Below are positions 54,301 through 56,909 of a stretch of 56,909 nucleotides of DNA, piece after piece; within the stretch, counting starts at the first letter, position 1; each line of letters starts with the position of its first letter. Under the pieces are notes generated by a model. The model saw only the letters and a list, made by a program, of their open reading frames with translations. It ran no database searches and was not told the origin of the DNA. The translations under genes were made by a program, and so were the position numbers. Source of the stretch: Stylophora pistillata. Lineage: Eukaryota. The stretch lies in assembly GCF_002571385.2 (NCBI RefSeq), contig NW_019218150.1, positions 111,151-168,059 on the forward strand. Direction: 5' to 3'.

Positions 54301-55980
54301 GACACGTGCGACGGAGAACTAATGAGGCCTGGAGAAATTGTCGACCATAATCATATGTACTCTACAAAAAAAATAAATAAATAATCTAATTAAAATTCTC
54401 ATTCAGATGAAATTACTTTTCAGAATATTTAAGATGTCTCTCCTAAACAACTGTTCCTCGCGAGTTGGAGCGGCATTCGGAGTTTTCTTTTCTGATCACG
54501 GCTGTGTCATGGACTGAAAAGTCCACGTTTCTCGACAATTCCAAATAAGTTTTAATAATGTTTAACTTCTAACCTCAAAACCTATTCGAGATGTAAGTTC
54601 ATATCTCGTTCAAGGACTGACGACAACTACACTGATCTCAAGCGGCATCTTACTTTAGCTGTAGTTTCAAGCTTCTCATGTTCCTGTTGCAGAGCCTCGA
54701 TATCCTCAGAGTTCCTTCCCACATCTCCCAGGTTATGCTCCGTTGCGTCACGCAGTTGACTTATCCACACAGTTGCCTGATTAATTCAAAGTCAGACATG
54801 AGTTGTCGTTTTTACTTATTTCACATTTGAAGATACCCTCCCCCCTCTCTCCCGTCGGAGAACTATTCCGTGATTGCTAAAAAGATATATCATTAGCAAA
54901 AAAGGATTTATTCCTTCTCACCTATTTCTAGATCATTTGTGTACTTTTTCTTTACCTGCTCAGCATCTCGTTCGCTCTGTTTGAGCTGCAACAGTTGCTG
55001 CAGTTTGATTCTGCGCACATCACACAACTCGTCTGTGCGAAGTTTCCGCTCTCTTAGTTCGTCCAAAGTGAGCCGCACATGCGCAATGCCCTTTTCATAA
55101 TCCTGAGTGACGTCATCACCCCGCATATTGGACATTGGGCTTGTCATCAATTCTTGAACAGCCAATGCATCTCGCAAGGTGTCCTCAGACGAAACGGAAA
55201 CGGCTGAGTGTAAAAGGGAAATATTACATCATGCGTTACAATGAAATGCATGGCCTAACGAAGGGACCCTGTTAGGTAAAATACTCATTAGCACACATTT
55301 CACTCACCCTCAGCCTTCTCTTCCAGTGTTCTGAGCATGCTCTCTGCGGACTCATAGTCGTACATAAGAACAGAATCCGAACACAGCAGTTCAAATAAGT
55401 CATCCAAATTAACTGAGCACTGAAATAAAAAAAGAAAAAAAAGAAAAAAAAGAATATAACTTCAGTTGAAGTTCATAAGAAGCGTACAATTTAACTAAAC
55501 AGTTTCTTACTCAATTCTCTCACTTGATTCTTTCCCTAAACCCGACCAATCAGAATTAATTAATCTGGGAGGTGGAGACATCAACTGGACAGAAGACAAA
55601 TAATTCATTGATTGGTTGCCAATTCACAAAGTTTATCATTCAAATCTAGAAATGGTAAACAACAAGCTGTTTTCAAAGACGTCAGGTCACTGACTGGCAA
55701 GAATAAAGTTTATTACATCTTATCTGGGAATTGTAGCACTAGACTCCAATGATTGTAGAAAAATATGAGATTTAAACGCTCTCCTCACCTCTCCGGCACT
55801 TTTGTGAAATTTAAGTGATGTGAGTATGATATCTCTCCTTCTGTTCATCCGCAAGGCAAAGTTACGACAACCTCTGTCTAGGAATTCCTTGCGACTCTTA
55901 ATATCTCTGGAGGCATAGTGATTTTCCTGGAGCATTTTCTTGGCAAGTTCACGCACCTGAGCGAAGTGGTTTATCACTTC
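1..55980 (-). CDS. Giant multi-exon gene (partial at both ends): spectrin repeats (SESTD1/CCDC141-like) + DH + SH3 + ~62 I-set Ig; titin/sallimus/obscurin/Trio-family giant protein
   Basis: 58 GT-AG-bounded exons with compatible phases join into one reading frame (one internal TAG at 7319-7321). Ig I-set motifs (P.F...L, C...G.P.P...W.K, D.G.Y.C.A.N), spectrin W/L heptads, DH CR1/CR3 and SH3 motifs. Confidence 0.9.
617..1501 (-). CDS. 3-Ig exon (885 bp, phase 1-1)
   Basis: CAG acceptor, G|GTAAG donor; ORF 582-1340 extends upstream in frame. Confidence 0.9.
1760..2653 (-). CDS. 3-Ig exon (894 bp, phase 1-1)
   Basis: TTTCAG acceptor, G|GTTAG donor; ORF 1755-2684. Confidence 0.9.
2929..3813 (-). 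CDS. 3-Ig exon (885 bp, phase 1-1)
   Basis: CAG acceptor, G|GTGAC donor; ORF 2900-3829. Confidence 0.9.
4229..4558 (-). CDS. 3' part of split 3-Ig unit (end of Ig2 + Ig3)
   Basis: CCAG|GT AAA ACC acceptor, G|GTAGG donor; with 4807-5358 totals 882 bp. Confidence 0.85.
4807..5358 (-). CDS. 5' part of split 3-Ig unit (Ig1 + most of Ig2)
   Basis: TAG acceptor; G|GTAAGG donor after YKCEASNQG. Confidence 0.85.
5864..6592 (-). CDS. 2-Ig exon + acidic linker (729 bp, phase 1-1)
   Basis: ORF 5856-6533; CAG acceptor, G|GTAGT donor. Confidence 0.85.
6850..7731 (-). CDS. 3-Ig exon (882 bp, phase 1-1) with in-frame TAG at 7319-7321
   Basis: ORFs 7319-7675 and 6773-7210 share a frame; reads VEW*RGTARLQND; intact splice sites. 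Confidence 0.75.
8061..8242. repeat. Interspersed repeat fragment (atcctcggaaacccaggggcag...) ending in T-rich run next to a small N gap
   Basis: GC-richer block between two copies of a 39-bp sequence; resembles a repeat family I recall from coral genomes. Confidence 0.4.
8306..9205 (-). CDS. 3-Ig exon (900 bp, phase 1-1)
   Basis: ORF 8256-9383; TTGCAG acceptor, G|GTAAT donor. Confidence 0.9.
9482..10366 (-). CDS. 3-Ig exon (885 bp, phase 1-1)
   Basis: ORF 9462-10379; TTTAG acceptor, G|GTAAG donor. Confidence 0.9.
10804..11685 (-). CDS. 3-Ig exon (882 bp, phase 1-1)
   Basis: ORF 10796-11872; TAG acceptor, G|GTGCG donor. Confidence 0.9.
12169..12564 (-). CDS. linker + 1-Ig exon (396 bp, phase 1-1)
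   Basis: ORF 12095-12595; TTCAG acceptor, G|GTATA donor. Confidence 0.8.
12914..13166 (-). CDS. 1-Ig exon (phase 0-1)
   Basis: ORF 12879-13166; CTAG|GTG acceptor, G|GTAAT donor. Confidence 0.85.
13567..14189 (-). CDS. 2-Ig exon (phase 1-0)
   Basis: ORF 13555-14307; CCAG acceptor, GAG|GTTAG donor. Confidence 0.85.
14737..15020 (-). CDS. 1-Ig exon (phase 2-1)
   Basis: ORF 14678-15043; phase-2 start matched by microexon 15740-15764. Confidence 0.8.
15201..15686. mobile_element. Fold-back relic of a Penelope-like retroelement 3' end
   Basis: ~240-bp inverted arms; left arm (minus) encodes PNLNVQTDSIRAKLFV*, resembling PLE GIY-YIG endonuclease C-termini; each arm has a hammerhead-like motif. 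Confidence 0.75.
15559..15601 (+). ncRNA. Minimal type I hammerhead ribozyme motif (U3-A8 variant)
   Basis: ttgac-TTGATAA-t-gacgtta(tgt)taacgtc-GAAA-cGTC-gtcga: stems I and II pair, palindromic ACGT stem III. Confidence 0.6.
15740..15764 (-). CDS. 25-bp microexon (EPSDDEKVI), phase 1-2
   Basis: TTTCAG|AA...AT|GTAAG; needed to keep frame between flanking Ig exons. Confidence 0.8.
16022..16330 (-). CDS. 1-Ig exon (309 bp)
   Basis: ORF 16014-16436; TACAG acceptor, G|GTTTG donor. Confidence 0.85.
16495..16736. mobile_element. MITE with ~70-bp TIRs and internal TAATGTAA microsatellite
   Basis: gaccactttcataaatggc...gccatttatgaaagtggtc; inner arms aaattagcctttctggcc/ggccagaaaggctaattt. Confidence 0.8.
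16994..17375 (-). CDS. linker + 1-Ig exon (phase 0-1)
   Basis: ORF 16941-17321 extended to TTTAG acceptor. Confidence 0.85.
17583..17782 (-). CDS. P/E/V/S-rich linker exon (phase 1-0)
   Basis: GTAG|GA...CAG|GTATC; phases match neighbours. Confidence 0.75.
18291..18590 (-). CDS. 1-Ig exon (300 bp)
   Basis: ORF 18274-18798; ACAG acceptor, G|GTACG donor. Confidence 0.85.
18966..19853 (-). CDS. 3-Ig exon (acceptor at 19853 or 19868)
   Basis: ORF 18922-19815; G|GTCAG donor; two in-phase AG options. Confidence 0.85.
20258..21136 (-). CDS. 3-Ig exon (879 bp; third Ig divergent)
   Basis: ORF 20214-21161; CACAG acceptor, G|GTAAT donor. Confidence 0.85.
21785..23830 (-). CDS. 6-Ig exon with linkers (2046 bp)
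   Basis: ORF 21774-23951; TATAG acceptor, G|GTAGC donor. Confidence 0.9.
24979..29372 (-). CDS. 14-Ig giant exon (4394 bp, phase 2-1)
   Basis: ORF 24944-29386; CACAG acceptor, G|GTAAG donor. Confidence 0.92.
29789..29849 (-). CDS. 61-bp acidic mini-exon (GESEGELDVNDETDSSNLA), phase 1-2
   Basis: TTTACAG|CC...AT|GTAAG; supplies the needed phase change. Confidence 0.8.
30144..30198. repeat. (CAT)n/(AAT)n microsatellite
   Basis: Visible trinucleotide runs. Confidence 0.9.
30448..30732 (-). CDS. first 1-Ig exon (285 bp)
   Basis: ORF 30392-30751; CATAG acceptor, T|GTAAG donor. Confidence 0.85.
30940..31119. mobile_element. Palindromic Penelope/retrozyme-type relic with hammerhead-like core
   Basis: ~85-bp near-perfect inverted arms centred on cgaaggg(c/t)taacgctcgaaac(g/a)tcagct. 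Confidence 0.7.
31120..31883. other. Assembly gap (N run)
   Basis: Ns; could hide symmetric phase-1 exons. Confidence 0.99.
32017..32065 (-). CDS. 49-bp microexon (ASERKVAEVAPVEFVS), phase 0-1
   Basis: AAG acceptor after pyrimidine tract, G|GTACG donor; phases fit. Confidence 0.65.
32488..32537 (-). CDS. 50-bp microexon (EYTVNLKSKPGSKFPDE), phase 1-0
   Basis: TTTCGTAG acceptor, GAG|GTAGG donor. Confidence 0.7.
32741..32991 (-). CDS. Degenerate SH3 exon
   Basis: CIALEDY...ICIRKEETVVVL...IWVPVTVL resembles ALYDY...G.VP motifs. Confidence 0.75.
33168..33220 (-). CDS. DH domain C-terminal helix exon
   Basis: AGKEVVDRLCAEINQKTR; phase 0-2. Confidence 0.75.
33359..33499 (-). CDS. DH domain CR3 exon
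   Basis: IKELLDRPVERVLEYKTFLDDML ~ L..YLIKPVQRITKY.LLL..L. Confidence 0.8.
33636..33725 (-). CDS. DH domain exon
   Basis: EHELDRYITFCVGKSDSDRFLESQPKDFFE. Confidence 0.8.
33845..33914 (-). CDS. DH domain exon
   Basis: IFCDELAKCKGNPSEVGKVFKKR; phase 2-0. Confidence 0.8.
34229..34326 (-). CDS. DH domain exon
   Basis: DYIYQL...KDTIFINSEDIFFFHK ~ IF.N.E.IY.FH. Confidence 0.8.
34434..34791 (-). CDS. linker + DH CR1 exon
   Basis: RMNAITDKLIESEGKYVDDLRSL ~ R..I..EL..TE..YV.DL. Confidence 0.8.
34902..35734 (-). CDS. E/T/V/K/P-rich disordered linker exon (833 bp, phase 0-2)
   Basis: ORF 34898-35761; TTTCAG acceptor, CC|GTAAG donor. Confidence 0.8.
36052..36375 (-). CDS. last spectrin-repeat exon (324 bp)
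   Basis: ASVWISDSEHFL...; phase 0-0. Confidence 0.8.
36505..36789. mobile_element. MITE with short TIRs (agtggcggatccag...ctggatccgcccctg), hAT-like ends
   Basis: Terminal inverted repeats, G-rich subterminal; no clear TSD. Confidence 0.65.
37068..37377. mobile_element. Bipartite hairpin repeat/MITE
   Basis: Arms tcttattaaccaag/cttggttaataaga (37068-37213) followed by tttattatacgact/agtcgtgtaataaa (37216-37377). Confidence 0.6.
37395..37586 (-). CDS. spectrin exon (192 bp)
   Basis: MEARWQRFLSRMEDHRAMLEASIEFH. Confidence 0.85.
37824..37946 (-). CDS. spectrin exon (123 bp)
   Basis: TTAG acceptor, AAG|GTAAC donor. Confidence 0.75.
38351..38677 (-). CDS. spectrin exon (327 bp)
   Basis: ORF 38339-38668; phase 0-0. 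Confidence 0.85.
38835..39115 (-). mobile_element. tRNA-derived SINE
   Basis: A box TAGCTCAATGG, B box GGTTCGAGCC, then SINE-like body; 3' end approximate. Confidence 0.7.
39848..40039 (-). CDS. spectrin exon (192 bp)
   Basis: RTDEDVQAHL...LLSMSATFYSSVEK. Confidence 0.8.
40466..40908. mobile_element. tRNA-containing repeat, one full and one partial copy in inverted orientation
   Basis: tRNA-like A/B boxes on minus ~40540-40612; 40466-40582 pairs with 40741-40867. Confidence 0.7.
41265..41387 (-). CDS. spectrin exon (123 bp)
   Basis: VILWIKEQSDTFF...KFKDAAR. Confidence 0.8.
41823..42002 (-). CDS. spectrin exon (180 bp)
   Basis: ORF 41802-41984; GAG|GTAAG donor. Confidence 0.8.
42059..43317. 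mobile_element. Non-autonomous Mutator-like DNA transposon, 9-bp TSD
   Basis: TSD acttgttgg at 42050-42058 and 43318-43326; degenerate TIRs with tandem tgcgagcca-type subrepeats. Confidence 0.7.
42844..43050 (+). pseudogene. OTU-like cysteine protease N-terminal fragment inside transposon
   Basis: Open frame RIAEAGLKIAFDPPADGKCFYYNASSQI...VIFHYLKNH, followed by GTAAGT; matches D-G-N-C-F OTU Cys loop. Confidence 0.55.
43338..43511 (-). CDS. spectrin exon (174 bp; alternative donor at 43320)
   Basis: ORF 43125-43499; AAA|GTAAGT donor. Confidence 0.8.
43595..43765 (-). CDS. spectrin exon (171 bp)
   Basis: DLWMRFSSRLEYRLKLGKMYFDFH. Confidence 0.8.
44269..44391 (-). CDS. spectrin exon (123 bp)
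   Basis: LCGWIRNVGEDFL...MGDSVKTSQEFLYSH. Confidence 0.85.
44682..44936 (-). CDS. shortened spectrin exon (255 bp)
   Basis: Open frame between TTAAG and GAT|GTAAG. Confidence 0.75.
45058..45249 (-). CDS. spectrin exon (192 bp)
   Basis: FKERLEDRRKLLTDTLTFY. Confidence 0.85.
45565..45684 (-). CDS. spectrin exon (120 bp)
   Basis: ITKWLNEEGEDYL...GDS...LLDEHFKFE. Confidence 0.85.
47140..47493 (-). CDS. spectrin exon (354 bp), CCDC141-like
   Basis: ORF 47089-47442; ACYSVERILEALQHRRKQLD. Confidence 0.85.
49976..50173 (-). CDS. spectrin exon (198 bp), CCDC141-like
   Basis: YGRMADSLEEAWNDLNVQLEGRRILL. Confidence 0.85.
50605..50992 (-). CDS. Candidate alternative first coding exons (50865-50992 + 50605-50629)
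   Basis: GAGATGG start, AG|GTGAC donor, 25-bp phase 2-0 exon joining 50173 in frame; no homology support. Confidence 0.35.
53156..53278 (-). CDS. spectrin exon (123 bp)
   Basis: LLQWVKDR...IGENLTEAEAL. Confidence 0.85.
53499..53849 (-). CDS. spectrin exon (351 bp)
   Basis: ORF 53460-53813. Confidence 0.85.
54170..54361 (-). CDS. spectrin exon (192 bp), SESTD1-like
   Basis: STYDYGRQFLQASLVLRRTCR...LNSAWSEF...ERGARL. Confidence 0.85.
54654..54776 (-). CDS. spectrin exon (123 bp)
   Basis: ATVWISQL...VGRNSEDIEALQQEHEKL. Confidence 0.85.
54956..55203 (-). CDS. spectrin exon (248 bp, phase 1-0), SESTD1-like
   Basis: DVRRIKLQQLLQLKQSERDAEQ. Confidence 0.85.
55308..55419 (-). CDS. spectrin exon (112 bp, phase 0-1)
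   Basis: LDDLFELLCSD...LRTLEEK; G|GTGAG donor. Confidence 0.8.
55789..55980 (-). CDS. spectrin exon (192 bp), most upstream exon found in window
   Basis: ORF 55720-55977; NHYAS.DI...FALRMNRRRDII. Confidence 0.85.
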
Positions 55981-56605
55981 CTATGATAAAGAACATTTCT
56001 CAGAATTGATTATTATTGTCACTTAGTATTGGACTTGAGCTTCCTATTTATAACACGCGCTCTGATTGGCTAAGAGCTAAGATTGGCGACCAGCTGATTA
56101 CGGATTATGCAAATTAGGAAGAGCAATTTAGACCGCAACCTCTTTTCGAAAAGTCGCGCCGATGAAAACGATGAAGGCCGACTGAAATTCAGAGAGTGTA
56201 AGTTCCATTACCTGCAGCTAAAGTCTCAGGAGTGACATGGTAAGAACGTAATTTTTGGTCGATAAATATGGCAAGGTGACAGTTTTTGACTCACCAACCG
56301 GTAACCTTGGGCACCAGCAAAAGTTTTTCAATGACAACCCCGAGTTGTTCAGACGGCAAATCCTTCTTTAAAAACTAAATGAACATTTTTTTATTCCAAA
56401 GATTACTATTTTTCGTCAGGTAAATATGCTGGACGCCAACACACCAAAACACAGAAGAGGGCACAACTAAAGAACATTCAAAGTTCGCCGAGTTAGTTCT
56501 AAAACATCAATCACTGGGTGAAAATCACCCCTGGTACACTAAATTTGGTCATTGCGGAAAAATCTCAAACCTCATCAGCCTTGCCNTTGTCTTTTTCCTC
56601 CCACA

Positions 56606-56638
56606 ATATATATATATATATATATACATATATACATA
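56606..56638. repeat. (TA)n microsatellite
   Basis: Visible dinucleotide run. Confidence 0.85.
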
Positions 56639-56909
56639 GTTAAAGGTTAAAACTAGATCTACAAGCGCAAACTATTAAAATATGGAATTAGAAATCTTAT
56701 GCCTTAACTGCATTTGAAACAATGAAACTTTTACGAAATCTGTCAGTCTTAAAAACCGGGTTGAACATGCGTGACTTCCTGAGGTTATAACACTTGTTAT
56801 TTTGTGGGGGGAGTAAATTCTTAAGCTTACTGTTTTTGTTTTCCAAAATGTTTTTAAAAACTTTATCCGTCAGGGCTTGTCTTCTACCTGACAGAGTTAC
56901 AAGTCCTCC

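Noticed and set aside
1-55980. Assigning a symbol such as TTN, OBSCN, unc-89 or TRIO
   Set aside because: Architecture matches none exactly (no FN3, kinase or PH in window); orthology needs phylogeny
56888-56909. Possible next upstream exon ending CAG|GTAG
   Set aside because: TAA in the required phase-0 frame
1-56909. CRISPR arrays, operons or other prokaryotic systems
   Set aside because: Spliceosomal intron-exon structure throughout; periodicity is explained by Ig and spectrin exons

Overview
Eukaryotic (animal) genomic DNA; the AT-rich short introns and repeat types suggest an anthozoan cnidarian such as a stony coral (inference). Almost the whole window is one giant multi-exon gene on the minus strand that runs off both ends. 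By hand I reconstructed 58 GT-AG-bounded exons with compatible phases (~25.9 kb CDS, ~8,600 aa visible). N- to C-terminus: ~13-14 spectrin repeats (SESTD1-like, then CCDC141-like), an E/T/V/K/P-rich linker, a degenerate RhoGEF DH domain with no PH, a degenerate SH3, and ~62 I-set Ig domains, many in symmetric 3-Ig exons; no FN3 or kinase is seen here. This is a Trio/kalirin-SESTD1-CCDC141-titin (zormin/sallimus-like) fused architecture. Notable details: an in-frame TAG in one skippable Ig exon; a probably gained intron with a 5-bp junction duplication; several microexons; a candidate internal first-exon pair; two fold-back Penelope-type relics with minimal hammerhead ribozyme motifs; a 9-bp-TSD Mutator-like element with an OTU-protease fragment that creates a new in-frame splice donor; tRNA-derived elements and MITEs. 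Homology calls come from motif recognition and memory, not database searches.
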